Positions 38,175 to 51,214 of a DNA stretch of 64,000 bases are shown piece by piece. The DNA is from Mobula hypostoma (taxonomy: Eukaryota): the NCBI RefSeq assembly GCF_963921235.1, contig NC_086097.1, positions 189,722,001-189,786,000 on the forward strand, written 5' to 3'. The notes below the pieces were generated by a model, which saw only the letters and a program-made list of their open reading frames with translations, searched no databases and was not told the DNA's origin. How positions within the stretch are numbered: the stretch's first letter is position 1; every line of letters begins with the position of its first letter. A program made the position numbers and the translations under genes.

Positions 38175-39930
38175 GCCAAGATGGTGCTGGTGAACCATGG
38201 CTACCTGTTACGGCAGCTTACAACACTTCTAAATATACCTCTTCTGAATTACTCTCATTGCAACCTGCAATGAGAGTAATTTCCCTTTAAGTAACAGTTT
38301 TGAACCATCTCAAGGAACAAGCAATTTCAGGATCTTCTGAAGGTCTCAGCGGACTCAACTCTCAAACATGCAGGAGCAGTATGGCCGGAAGAGAGGAAGG
38401 AGGGGGGACTCCAAGCCAGATGCAAATGTCTAGTGATGAAAGTTCCTTTACTCAGCATCATGTTCGCAAATGTACAGCCGCTGGAGAACAAGATGGGAGA
38501 CCCAAGGGCAAGATTGCTGTATGGGAAGGAAATGAGGAATTGCTGTGTTCTGTCTTTCACGGAGACATGGCTCACTCTGGACATACCAGATACCTCACTA
38601 AAAGCTAGAGGCTTCTTGATACACAGGATGGGTTGAATAGCTGAATTCAAAAGAAAAGTTGGGGGGGGGGGGTTCTGTGTTTCAGGATAAATTCTTTGTG
38701 GTGCTCGGACGTGGTAATTTTGTCACACACTTGTTCCCGTGATCTGGGACATCTAACAATTAAATTATACGTAGAGTTCTTCTCCGTGATCCTCACCACA
38801 GTTTACATAGCCAATGTTAATCAGGCACTCAAGTTATTAAACGTTGCCATCAAACAAAATACAGCCCACTCTGACGCACTTCATATTGTAGTCAGGGATT
38901 TTAATTATGCTTGCTTCAAGAAATCTATGCCCAATTATCATCAGCATATAACTTGCAGCACCAGGGGTCCTAACTGTTATACAATGATTAGAAATGCTTA
39001 TCTTTCCATGCCTAGATGACATTTTGGAAATCTAATCACTTGGCTGTCCTTTTCCTAACTGCATACAGGCAGAGGCTAATGAACAAGGTTCCAGAGATAA
39101 GGACAACAAAGAGGTGGTCACAGGATACAAAGGAGCAGCTACAGGATTGCTTCAAGTCAGTGGACTGAGCTGTATTAAAGGACTTGTAAGAGATGTGAAT
39201 GAATTCACCATGGTTGTCACAGATTTTACAAAAACACTCGTAGTTGAGTATGTCCCTACAAAATCATTCAGTCCTCCCTGGATGAACCATGAGATCCACA
39301 ATTTGCTGAGGGCTTGATCAGTAGAATTCACATCTGGCAACTAAGTAAGTTACAAGAGGTCCAGGTACAATCTCCAGAAAACCTTCTCATGTATGAAGTG
39401 GCAATGCCCTCGAACGGAAAATCTTTCAAAAAGAATTAGATATGGCCCAGGACATCATGAGTAAAGCCCCCCCCCTACCATTTAGCACATCTACATGGAA
39501 CACTGTTGCAGGAAAGCAACATCCATAATCAACAATCTCTACCACCCAGGTCATGCTCTCTTTTTGCTACTGCCAGCAGGAAGAAGGTACAGAAGCCTCA
39601 AGACTCGCACCACCAGGTTCAGGAACAGTTATTACCCCTCAACCATCAGGCTCTTGAACCAAATGGGATAACTTCAATTAACTTCATTTGGCCCATCACT
39701 GAACGATTCTCACAACTTATGGACTCATTTTCAAGAACTTTCATCTGATGTTCTCAATATTTATTGCTTATTTATCTATTATGTTTTTTTCTTTTGTATT
39801 TACAATTTGTTGTCTTTTGCACACGGGTTGTTTGTCCATCCTGTTGGCTGTGATCTCTCATTGACTCGATTGTGTTTTTGGATTTACTGTGTATGCTCAC
39901 AGGAAAACAAATCTCAGAGTTGTACATGAT
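38175..39930 (+). mobile_element. Rex1/Babar LINE with 5' end, EN remnant and 3' tail; RT deleted
   Basis: Starts CAAGATGGTG. Motifs FANVQPLENK, SFTETW and RDFN are present. At about 39405 the sequence jumps to the C-terminal region. Confidence 0.82.
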
Positions 39931-40339
39931 GGCTATTAGGCAGGAGTGGTGGCACTGGAATTACCACTTAGTCCTGCAGAAAGCCATTACCTACTACAAA
40001 TTTTGGGAAGAGTTTATTTACTTTTTTTAAAAAAACATATGTCCTCTTCACAACTGATCCACCATTGAATGTTAGCATAACCAGTACTTGTGCGACCTAG
40101 GTGTTTGTGGACATGAGAGGGGAAAGAAAAAAATCAAATGCTGAAATTTTCAGCTTTCACAAGAAGCCATTTAATCTAAGAGTCTGGATGTGGTTTTTGA
40201 AGTTATATCACAGTGTAATTTCCAGCTAGTTGGAGATCTCCCTGATGTTGTCTTAATGTGGTTGTGGTTGGAATATTAGGCTTTAAACCCACCCCTGTTC
40301 TTTATCAAAATAAGGGTCAAAGGTCAGCTGGGTCTCCCA

Positions 40340-40760
40340 GGATATCACCTGGATTGGAGGGTAGGCACTATTAGGAGAGGTTGGACAACTTAGGTTTAGC
40401 AGGCCAGAGGAGACCTGATAAAATATTCAGAGGCACAGATAGAGATAGCTGGTATGTTTTTCCAAGGTCAGAATGTCTAATACTAGAGAGCATTTAAGAT
40501 GAGAGGGGGAAAGTTCAAAGGGGATGTGCGATGCAAGTTTTATTTTAATAAGCATAGAGTAGTGGGTGCCTTCAAAACATTGCCAGCTGTGGTGTTGGAG
40601 ACAGATCTGAGAGAGGCATTTAGAAGGCTTTTAGGTAGGTACTTGAACAGGCCGAGAATGGAGAGATATAGATCATATGCAGACAGAAGGAATTAGTTCA
40701 GTTAGTTTGGTACAATATCATGGGATGAAGGGCTCTTCTTCAACATACTATTCTTTGTTC
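40340..40760 (+). mobile_element. Old CR1 3' fragment
   Basis: RGGKFKGDVR motif and tail, similar to about 31250-31680. Confidence 0.75.
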
Positions 40761-41201
40761 CATGGGTTGCTCTCAGAATTACACTTGCAATTGATTAGTT
40801 GGTCCATTTCCCACCCTTACAGACACCTAGAATTTCAAGGGGTGGAGTGGAAGTAAAGGGAATGGGGGGGGGGATGGGAGTAGGGAGCAGGATGTATCTG
40901 GGGAGCTCATTTACAGTTCAGTCTGGTCATTTACAAAATCAATAGGCAAGGAGATAGAAAAGCAGTCTTGGATGGCTACGTAAAGGAATACTTATCCAAA
41001 GTAGCAACACGTTATAAAAGTATATTCCTTAGACTTTGATCTTCAATATAGTTCTGGCAGAAGATTTTTCTAAATTTTTCACAATATTAGAAAATATAAA
41101 CACTTATTTTAATATACATACTCTTCTGAAAGCAAAGCAGTTTTTGAATAGCAAATGAATGGCATATTTGTGCATTTCATAAAAAAACAATATATTTCAT
41201 T

Positions 41202-41260
41202 CCTCCAGCATTTTGGATGTGTTGCTTTGGATTTCTAGCATCTGTAGACTTGCTCATGTT
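41202..41260 (+). mobile_element. 59-bp PLE tail insertion
   Basis: 11-bp TSD TATATTTCATT (41191-41201 and 41261-41271). The sequence matches the Neptune pLTR tail at about 45635-45690. Confidence 0.8.
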
Positions 41261-41433
41261 TATATTTCATTTGAGTAGCTTACAGTTTTTTTCATATTTC
41301 TCTCTCATACAAACTCCAGAAAGGTCCAAACCTGTTCAATAACAACTCAGATTTATTTTCCCCTCTTAGCAAGTAATTTTTGTTCTCAGCATTATACATT
41401 GATAAGGATGCCACTAAACTGATAAGCACTTAC

Positions 41434-41509
41434 CCATACAGAGCACACAGAGGGCGTTTGGTACCAGATTTGGGTCTGTAAGGCTTGGGTTCACCTGCCA
41501 TATTGATAT
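41434..41509 (-). CDS. RALYL: Internal coding exon (76 nt, phase 1 to phase 2) of RALY RNA-binding protein-like; covers the end of the RRM and the following linker
   Basis: Minus strand reads gtgtcctttctttcag|ATATCAATATGGCA...CTGTATGG|gtaagt, with canonical acceptor and donor. It translates as (D)[24 protein letters not shown](G). This matches my recall of RALYL ([26 protein letters not shown]) better than RALY ([24 protein letters not shown]) or hnRNPC (DINLAAEPKVNRGKAG). Confidence 0.92.
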
Positions 41510-41797
41510 CTGAAAGAAAGGACACTAATGACAACTTATGGACTTGAGAGGTTTACATTAAGTTTATCACAACATATTATGTTACATTTCTAATATACCA
41601 TTAAGTTTAGGCACAAATGTAACACCAAATACCACAAGTAATTGTACTCATAGAATTGCTGCAAAGCCATAGGATATTCTGTATTGCAAACAGTGAAACT
41701 CCAGCTGCACCTGTTTTTGGTTTTGGTTGATTCACACCTACAAAGAAGTTTCTAAGGCAGGCCACTTTCAACTTTATCTTTAGCAAGGTGTGTTAAT

Positions 41798-41985
41798 ATT
41801 TATTTTATTTATAGATATGGTGTGGAAGAGGCCCTTCTGGCCCAATGAGCAGAAACCCACCTGTTTTACACTAGACTAATCACAGGCCAATTTACAATGA
41901 CCAAATTAACCTACTAATTGGTATGCCTTTGGACTGTGGGAGGAAACCCCTGCAGTCACAGGGAGAACTCATTATAGGCAGCATT
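41798..41985 (-). mobile_element. Degraded HE1/V-SINE-like SINE
   Basis: Similar to 47070-47385 (CAATTTACAATGACC, CTTTGGACTGTGGGAGGAAACC). Confidence 0.7.
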
Positions 41986-44009
41986 TAGGCTTTGTGACTT
42001 GGTGATTTATCTTATTTTAGTGTTTTCATTCAACATATAGCTTTTATGTTAAGAATTATGATTTTGTCTGTGCACTGGTAGTGACTCTTTCAACAGCATA
42101 TGTTGTAAAAGATACACATTTACATATTTTGTGGTCCAGATTAACACAATTTGCATTAATCTTGTGAAACTCCCGGTCCCAATCAACTTGCTGTTAATTA
42201 CTTCAACCTGTTCACACTTACATAGTGCACAAAAAATCACTCTTTGCTAATCAATTTATCACAATAAAACAGCATTGCAAAAATTTGTGGAATTTACTAC
42301 ATTTTTTACTTTGTTTTTGGTTAAAAGAAAAAAATAAATCCTAGCCCAGACAATGCCTTCAATTCCATAAATTCTCAATTTCTGGCAATATCCTCTTAAA
42401 GTACCTTTGCATCCTCTCTGGGGCCATCACAACCTTCCTAGAGTTTTGGAACTAGGATGGTACAAAACGCATTAGTTGTCATCTATTGAATATTACATAT
42501 GGCTCTAACATAACCTCCCAAATCTTACATCCCTTGTCTCAACTGAAATCATATACATTTTCTTATCTCCACCTGACCTACTCTGTCCACAGATCTCCAA
42601 AAATGCACAGCAAGATCAATCTGTTTATTTGCCTATCATACCATTTCTCAGTTATTTGCTTACTTTGTTTCTCTTGCTCAAATGCATTGGTTGAATTCTA
42701 TTCACTAACATTTTACTTTTCTAACCAGTCCACCAGTATTTTTATCCTCACTAAATAATATTGTCAATGATGCCACAAAATGACACACTTCTTATTTGTG
42801 GCTCTTACATTTAAATACAAACTACTTACACAGACCATGAAAACCCAGGGACAGGTACAAACCTCTGCAGAATCTTACAGTTCTCCAGTCAGTAAAACAC
42901 TGTCCATTCCATTACTCCTCAATGTAATTTTTGTATTTTTGTAAAAGAGATTATTGTGTAATTGTCCTCTATTGGCCTTCTTAATTTCTTGATCAATTTG
43001 TCATGAAGTATGGGGTCAGAGAAGTTTTTGGGCAGAAAGGAAACTCTGCTGTACAGGCATATTTCCTTTCAGCAAGGATCTATACAATTTGGATAAATGA
43101 GGGTTCCACTCTTTAGTAGGCCCATCAGAACTTAGGCCAAACCACAATGCACTTCACACCTAGCAATCCTGTTTCTTAGGTCCATTCTTCAGCCTATCAA
43201 ATTAAGCATGTCTTAGCTCAAATAAACTTCAATTTAAGTTAACAAATGAATGCAAACTTACTAGCTTAATTCTTGAAGATAATGTATTATCCTGAGGATA
43301 GTTTGAATGAGATGAGAGTTTACAAAAACGAGAGATGATCTCATTGAGCCACACAGTATTCAAAGATGAAAAACAAAAATGTTGCTAAGAATGCACTTCC
43401 TTTTGCTGCAGCAGTAAATAGGGCAATAAAGAGAACAGTAACAGCAGGAATCCAAGCTATGAAACCCTTAATGTTTTCCAAAGATAACACTGAAAGCCTG
43501 GCAAAGTGCATAGATTTAATGGAATGACTCCAAAAGTTTCTGGTTTGATATTGTGCCAGAATCTGCGGTTTTCTCTATTTTTCATTTTCCAAATGATGAA
43601 CATATTTTGCCTTGTTTTATCTTTAATTTGCTAGTGTTGAACACAAAAAAAATGCAGATGTTGAAAATTTGTCTTTCACCTCAACATGGATCTTCTCTTT
43701 TGTTCAATAATTCCTTTCTACCTTTTTCTATATCCTACGACTCTTCCTCTAGCTCTTTCCAATCCTCCTTCCACAAATGTTATTTGCTCTGAGTACTTCC
43801 AGCAAGTTTCTGTTAATTTCAGTGTAGAATACATGCAGATAGTAATTCATAAGCCATGGCAAACCACAATAATTCCATGATTTTATTTTGTTTGTGCTAT
43901 ATATTTAAAATGTTCCATATAACATAATCTGCATGCCATTTCCAATGTCTCCTAATGGTCAATCTCATTCATTCATGCCATGCATACTTTGGTATTACAT
44001 ATATTATTG

Positions 44010-44972
44010 TCATATGTGAACTCTGTGGCTAAGCTCCAATGTCATAGTCAAGTTTGCTGACAACACCACTGTCAAAGGCTGAATCAAAGGTGGTGATGAA
44101 TCAGCATTTAGGAGTGAGACCGAAAATCTGGTTGAGAGGTGCCATAACAGCAACCTCTTACTCAGTGTCACTAAGGCGAAGGAGATGATTATTGACTTCA
44201 GGAGAAGGAAACCAGAGGTCCATAGCCAGTCCTCATTGGAGGATCCGAGGTGGAGAGGGTCAATGATTTTAAGTTCCTCTGTGTTATTATTCCGGAGGAC
44301 CTGTCCTGGGCTCGGCATGCAGGTGCTATTATACAGAAAGCACAGCAGTGCCTCTTCTTCCTTAGAAGTTGCAGAGATTTGGCATGACATCTAAAACTTT
44401 GATAGGTTTCTATAGATGTGTAGTGTTGAGTATACTGACTAGCTGCATCACGGCCTGGTATGGAAGTACCAATGCCCTTGAATGGAAGGTCCTACAAAAA
44501 ATAATTGTACGGCCCAGTCCATAATGGGTAATACCCTCCCAACAATTGAAGACATTTACATGAAATGCAGTCACAGGAAAGCAGCATCCATCCTCAGGGA
44601 CCCCAGCACACAAGCCATGCTCTCTTCTCGATACTGCCATCAGGAAGGTGCAAGAGCCTCAGGTTCAGGAACAATTACTACCCCTCAAACATCAGGATCT
44701 TGACGAAGAGTCTCGGCCTGAAACGTTGACTGTACTTCTTGCTATGGATGCTGTCTGGCCTGCTGCGTTCCACCAGTGTTTTTGTGTTTGTTGCTCAAAG
44801 GGGATAACCTCACTCAACTTCACTTGCCCCATTATTGAAATGTTCCTATAACCAATGGATTCACTTTCAAGGACACCTCTCTAATGTTCTCAATATTTAT
44901 TGCTCATTTATTTTTACTATCATCTCTCTCATTTGTATTTGCACAGTTTGTTGGCTTTTGCACACCCGTTGA
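44010..44972 (+). mobile_element. Rex1/Babar 3' part containing a short PLE pLTR insert (about 44700-44795)
   Basis: KFADNTTV...KAKEMIIDFRR remnant. The insert begins at a hammerhead-like TTGACGAAGAGTCTCGGCCTGAAACGTT. Confidence 0.82.
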
Positions 44973-45695
44973 TCACCAATATATAAAAGGCCACATCGGG
45001 AGCACCGGACGCAGTATATCACCTCAGTCGACTCACAGGTGAAGTGTTGCTTCACCTGGAAGGACTGTTTGGGGCCCTGTATGGTGGTAAGGGAGGAAGT
45101 GTAAGGGCATGTGTAGCACTTGTTCCGCTTACACGGATAAGTGCCAGGAGGGAGATCAGTGGGGAGGGATGGGAGGGACGAATGGACAAGGGAGTTGGAT
45201 CAGTGGAGAGGGATGGGAGGGACGAATGGACAAGGCATGAACATTGACTTCTCTAACTTCCGCTAAGGCCCCACCTCCCCCTCGTACCCCATCTGTTACT
45301 TATTTTTATGCACACATTCTTTCTCTCACTCTCCTTTTTCTCCCTCTGTCCCTCTGAATATACCTCTTGCCCATCCTCTGGGTCCCCCCCCCCCCGTCTT
45401 TCTTCCCGGACCTCCTGTCCCATGATCCTCTCGTATCCCCTTTTGCCTATCACCTGTCCAGCTCTTGGCTCCATTCCTTCCCCTCCTGTCTTCTCCTATC
45501 ATTTTGCATCTCCCCCTCCCCCTCCAACTTTCAAATCCCTTACTCACTCTTCCTTCAGTTAGTCCTGACGAAGGGTCTCGGCCTGAAACGTCGACTGCGC
45601 CTCTTCCTATAGATGCTGCCTGGCCTGCTGCGTTCACCAGCAACTTTGATGTGTGTTGCTTGAATTTCCAGCATCTGCAGAATTCCTGTTGTTTA
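44973..45695. mobile_element. Young Neptune PLE 3' fragment with 5' inversion (minus about 44973-45235, plus about 45236-45695)
   Basis: The minus part encodes PGTYPCKRNKCYTCPYTSSLTTIQGPKQSFQVKQHFTCESTEVIYCVRCSRCGLLYIG (Cys-rich linker plus GIY-YIG). The plus part starts MNIDFSNFR* and continues into the pLTR. Confidence 0.9.
45560..45597 (+). ncRNA. Minimal type-I hammerhead ribozyme motif in a PLE pLTR
   Basis: UAGUC-CUGACGA-AGG GUCUCGG CCU-GAAA-C-GUC-GACUG. Stem I, the catalytic core, stem II, palindromic ACGU and the GUC triplet are all present. Confidence 0.8.
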
Positions 45696-45759
45696 TGTTG
45701 TCTGATCCTGCTGTTTTGTGTGGGTTTACAACTCAGTGCAACCACCAAGTGCCTGTTAC

Positions 45760-47065
45760 TCAAGGGGAGAGCGGACTTTCCCCTGTTGCATTCATTGTGT
45801 CAATTTGTACATGGAAGGCATGCAGCCTATCAGAAAGGGAGGTGCTGCTGTCATTGACAAACAGGGTGGACTTGTAATCTGTTATGGTTTGTATATATTG
45901 TTGCATGTCCTTGGTGTCACAAAGTTGTCTGTGAAGTTTTCTGTGAGTACTCCCACTTTGCCTTCCTGATAGCATGTGAGACTGTGACTTTTGCTGACCT
46001 TAGAGTCATCTTATCTCCCAATTTGAAAGCAGTTTTCTCTCCTTAAGCAGTGCACGAATCTGCAGTAAGCCATAGCAGTGTAGATTTTAATCACGGAAAT
46101 GGTCTCAGTGGGTTTGCTATGTAGCCAGTCACTGATTCCACATTTTCATCAATGTTGGCATGATAATCATAGGCAGCTGCTTCCCTGACTATACTCCAGT
46201 CCCCGTGCTTTTGAAACAGAGGTAGCACCTCTTGGCCAGGTTCTGATCTCCCTCTAACCTGGCTTGACTCGTTTAACCAGTGGTCTGTATGCAGGGACTA
46301 GCAAAATGGATATGTGGTCTTGAGTATCTGAGGTGGGGTCATGGGCCAGCCTTGTAGACTCCTAATATGTTCGCTCCTCTGATTGCAAAGTTGACATTCT
46401 GGTAGAACTTTGGCAGGGGTGTTTTTAAGTTGGCATTGCTTGAAATCACCAGCAACAGTAAAAAAACCATGGAGGTAAGTGTCTTGGAGGTCACAGATGG
46501 CTCCACAGAGCTCCTACAGCTCTTCCCCAGCAGTAACGCGGAAGGGAGGAGGTGGGGGGCATGTAAACAGCAACAATCACAATGGTGGTAAATACCCTCA
46601 GTAAGTAGAATCACCCTCACCTTTAAAACCTCTATCTGCCATGTGCAGTGGGCCATTACTACCATGGCATTCACACACCAGTTCTTATTCTCATAGACAC
46701 ACAGACCTCCACAGGTCTTACCAGAACTTGTAGCATTTCTGTCTGCCCAAAAGGAGATTAGACCTTCTAGCTGAATGGCCAAGTCTGGTGTGGTGTCCTG
46801 GAGCCATGTTTATGTCAAGACGAGTGTGCAGCAGTCCCTCATCTCCTGCTGGTTCAGACATAGACACTGGTAATCCAGTTTATTTTCTGGTGTGTGGAGA
46901 TTAGTGAGTAGAATTGTTGGAAATCTGCAGAGATCCACTTTAAGATTCGCGCAAATACTGGTGTGCTTATCCCATTTCTGACCTTCTTACCTCACGGACC
47001 GCCCTCTGTGTCTGCTTTCCTGAGTAGCGGTGGTAGGCTGTGGCACAGTGTGAGGTCCCGCTACA
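45760..47065 (-). mobile_element. Degraded Rex1/Babar LINE (EN region)
   Basis: ORF 46339-46782(-) has DRNATSSGKTCGGLCVY...NANLK...PKFYQNV. Confidence 0.75.
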
Positions 47066-47069
47066 CACA

Positions 47070-47385
47070 TTATTTATTTATTTGTTCGTCGTTTATTTAG
47101 CGATACAGTGCAGAGTAGGCCCTTATGGCCCTTCAAGTCACACTACGCCGTCAACCCCTGGCAAACCCGATTTACCCTAACCTAACCACGGGACAATTTA
47201 CAATGACCCTACCTGGTGCGTCTTTGGACCGGAGGAGGAAAGCCAGAGCACCTGAAGAAAGCCCATGCATTCCACTGGAAGGACGTACAGAGACTCCTTA
47301 CAGATGGCGCCAGAATTGAACCCCCAACTCCCGAATGCCCTGAATTGTAATAGTGTCACATTAACTGCTACGCTAACATAGGCCG
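47070..47385 (-). mobile_element. tRNA-derived SINE (HE1/V-SINE-like) with a CR1-type tail
   Basis: Minus strand has an A-box-like TAGCGTAGCAGTT, a B-box-like GGTTCAATTCT, a 3' GAAGGGCCATAAGGGCCTACTCT segment and an AAAT-rich tail. Confidence 0.8.
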
Positions 47386-48572
47386 TAACTGTGTAGGACC
47401 TTCATTTTTGAGTTCATTAGCAAGGTAGACTTGTGGATTTTAGCATTCTTTGTAATCATCAGTGTTTTTCAATCATAGTAAAAATTACCAGGATGAGAAA
47501 TTTCAATGTTGATTGAGCTGGAGAGGCTGCTACAACTGTACTGCAATCGTCCTGATAAGCTAAGGAATTATTTTCTGTTCAGTTTTCCTTTAAAGTTCTT
47601 TAAATGCATTACATGCTGCGTATTGCCCTCAATATTGCTGGAATGTTTGCATTCTTTTACAATTATAAAAGTTGCAAATGAAGTTGAGCAAAACATAGCG
47701 TGGGGAAAAAAGGCACTTTAAAAGGTGGGTAATTTGGCCCTGAATTGCCAGTTATGGCAAAAGCATAAATTCTACTGCAATGTTGTTTCTGACACATGAT
47801 TTGTTAGTTTATTCATGCTGTTGGCTCTAAATATAATCTGGGTACAACTTTATGTCCAGCCCAGGTTTTCTGAACAAAAAAAAAATGCATGATTATCGGT
47901 GTGAGAAATGTCCAACAACTTACTGTGGGGAAGAGACACTCCATGAAATGTGAATCACCTCAGGATGCTCTGCCAGCAGCTTTGTAAAAACAACATCTGG
48001 TTGTTAACCTCTCTTGATTTTCTTGAATTTGCTGCGGTAGCTCATTAATAACCCATTAAACACGCCGCAATTTTAAAACGATCTCCGCTGTACCTATTTA
48101 ATATAATTCCTGCTTAACCCATCATTCGTGCTAAGAAAGTAACCAAATACAGATGGTGTATCTCATTCCTTTAGCTTATAATAGTTCACAAATGTTAAAA
48201 TGTCACTATTTCTTTACATACATTCTCTTTTTCTGTTTTTCTCTATTTCATTTTTTTGCTTTCCTGCACCTGCTTCAGCATGGATTTCACCCTTTCTAAT
48301 TCATCCTCATCCTAGGTTTATCTGCTGTTTATTGCTAACTGCATTTCATTGGCTTTGTATCTGTACTTGGCACAATGACAGTAAAGTTGAATCTAATCTA
48401 CATCTAATCTAATTAAAGTATTGCTTACCGAGGTCCCGGATGTCGGAACAGTACAGTACATTGGTACTTGCTCTCCCTTGCAGAGAGTGAACTCTCATAA
48501 ATCTGAAACATCCAATTTTAACTCATGTTGACTGGACATTTTGTGAGATGATCCATTTTGTACCCTCTAAAT

Positions 48573-48652
48573 CAGGGGTTCCCCACCTGGGGTCCACGAA
48601 CCCCTTGCTTAATAGTATTGATCCATGGCATGAAAAAGGTTGGGAATCACTG
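48573..48652. mobile_element. 80-bp hAT-type MITE
   Basis: Imperfect TIRs CAGGGGTTCCCCACCT and AGGTTGGGAATCACTG; TSD not preserved. Confidence 0.65.
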
Positions 48653-51214
48653 ATCAGTAGGAACAATGGTTCTCTCTGATTTCTGGGAGTGCGTTGGCAT
48701 TGACTGTTCTTGTGCTTCTTTTTGAGACAACTGTGTTAAGTGTAATTTGCTTTACATTTACTGTCATTGCTGTAGCAAATCCCTCAATTAAAACTCGTGG
48801 TTTGAATTCTGCCATTGTTCAAGATATACAGTGGTTTTGCACAAATCTCTTCAAGTTATCAAAGGTGCCATGATTAAAAATTGAAAGGAGTTAAGTGTGA
48901 CAGAGTTACCATAGAAATTATCATCTGATGAATGAGACGTTTTAAGGGAATGTAGAATGCATTTCTGATCACTACTCAAACAGACAAAGGGAAAAAGCAA
49001 AAGATTTTAGCCCTCCTTGTGTTTGCTTCATTTTGAGGGCTCTTGAAATTTCAAGTGCAAATTGCTTCATTGAGAGAAAAATGATGTGGTTGAGGTTCTT
49101 TCAAAATGGAAAAGATTCTTGTGAGACTGAAATTGAATACTGATTAGAAGGGTCATAGATTTTAGAAAGCTCATTCAGTAATTATGCATAATATGCCATG
49201 TTTCAATAGAAACTGCATTACTTAGATTTTAAGCTTTAGAATGTATGAAGACAGGATTAAGTTGTAAGATTTTTTTTAATATTGACACCAAAAATATGCT
49301 AAGAATGGAAAAACCAGGGATTTCAAATTGTGTTGAATTCTTTAAAATTATATTGAAGTAGATTCAAAGCCTGCCTCTATTTTAACTCTAAGTTGTCTTG
49401 AAACTCGCAAGTGCAGAGTCCCACAAGAAAAAAAACATTTAACTTTGTTATTTATATTAACTTTGTCCATATTAACTGCACAGAGTATTGTCTACCTTTG
49501 AAAAGTTGCCACAGATTGCATCACTAGTGAGAGGAAACCCAACAAATTATTACTAGGACCTTTACACATGAGTATTTTGCTAAGAATCCTTGGGCCTCCT
49601 TTTCCTCCATCATTTCTTGCAACTTCACCTGGAAATGTTTTGACCTGACTATTTCTGGGTGTCTATCAATGCTTTGCTCTAGTCCATCAGCCATGTTATT
49701 TCTGTGTATTTGCCAAGTGGTGTGTTGAACATAGGCTCAGGCTTTACATGCTAATTCAGGGTGAACCCCAATGGTTCTACATTTCCTTCTAATTTTGGGT
49801 TATTTTTGGGCCTTGTTTGTTGCCCAAATTGAAAATATATTTAAGAGGAAGTCAATTTAAGCAAAAGAATTCAAACTCCTACCTGACCTTCCAATTATTA
49901 ATTACCTGACACTGATGTTTACATGACTTTGTGACTTTCATATATTTATCATTCTTTGTGTAAGGGAAGAAAAGCTTTCCTATCAGCCCCACATTTAATT
50001 TTATGAATAGTTTAAACCCATAATTCTAATCCTCACTCTTAGGCTTTGATTTAAATTTAGTTTCAGATTTTATGTTGTGCCCTTTGCAAGATGAAAAACC
50101 CAGATACATCAGGACTTTTCCTCATCATGTACACCATGCACAACCTCCAAGATTAAATATTTACCTTCTCACTTGGTGCCCAGAAATGAATGTGGCACTG
50201 GAGAGATGATGCTGCATTGCCTCATTATGTTTCTACTAGTGTGACTATAGTTCAGGTTCCCTTTGATTATTTAGTCATATAACACTGAACACTTTGACCA
50301 TGTTAATTAACACAAATTCTTGTTCAAATGATCTCAACACCATTCCCTGTTTAATTTTTCACACATGTAATGCAGGTCAAAGTTTCTCTGGCTAATGTTG
50401 TAACTCCTAGATCAGTATTCCTTGCATATTTGACAAATTTGTAATCTTTTCTCAAATATTGATATGACTTAAAAGTAGGACAATGATGAGACTTCCCTAC
50501 TCTGCTGAGTTCTCCCAAACAGCATCTCTTGTGCCCAATTCTTGATCAATATGTTTTCTTGCTGCAATTATTACCCTTAAGTCTTTCATATGAAACACTG
50601 TCAACTATTTTCTGGAACTTTTGTGCTCACTGTCAGAGAGCTTGAAATGGTCCACTTCATCTTTCACTTACTCAAAACTATCAGGAAAATTGAGTACAGT
50701 GAAATCTGTGAAAACTCTTCCTAATTCATTCTGCTAATGATTTTTCCTGAGTTGATACCTAATAGTTCCATCATTTTTGATAGAATGTGTTTTAATCCTT
50801 ATTTTTATGTTATTACTACATCTCAAATGCTATACTTATATCAAACCTTTTGAAAAGAACATAAATAAGAAACCAAATGACTGGTACTTTGTGGAATTAC
50901 GCAGGCTGGCTGTTGTGGAAATTTGAAAGGTATCAGGGAAATTTTGTTCAGAATAATTAATTTTATTAACCTTATGATTTTTTGGATTGTACTGGAACAA
51001 TTTCTTTCATTTTTAAATTCACTTTTTTTACCTTTGACATGCATATGAAATATAATATTCCATTAATATATTCAAAGAAAGTTCAAAGTAAATTTCTTAT
51101 CAAAGTACAGATATGTCACCATATACAATCCTGAGATTCATTGTCATGTGTTCATACTTAACAACTCTTTAAAACAATAACCCAACAGAATCAATGAAAG
51201 ACTGCACCTACTTA

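Noticed and set aside
40838..40885. G-rich run with G-quadruplex potential
   Set aside because: Short low-complexity tract with no evidence of function.
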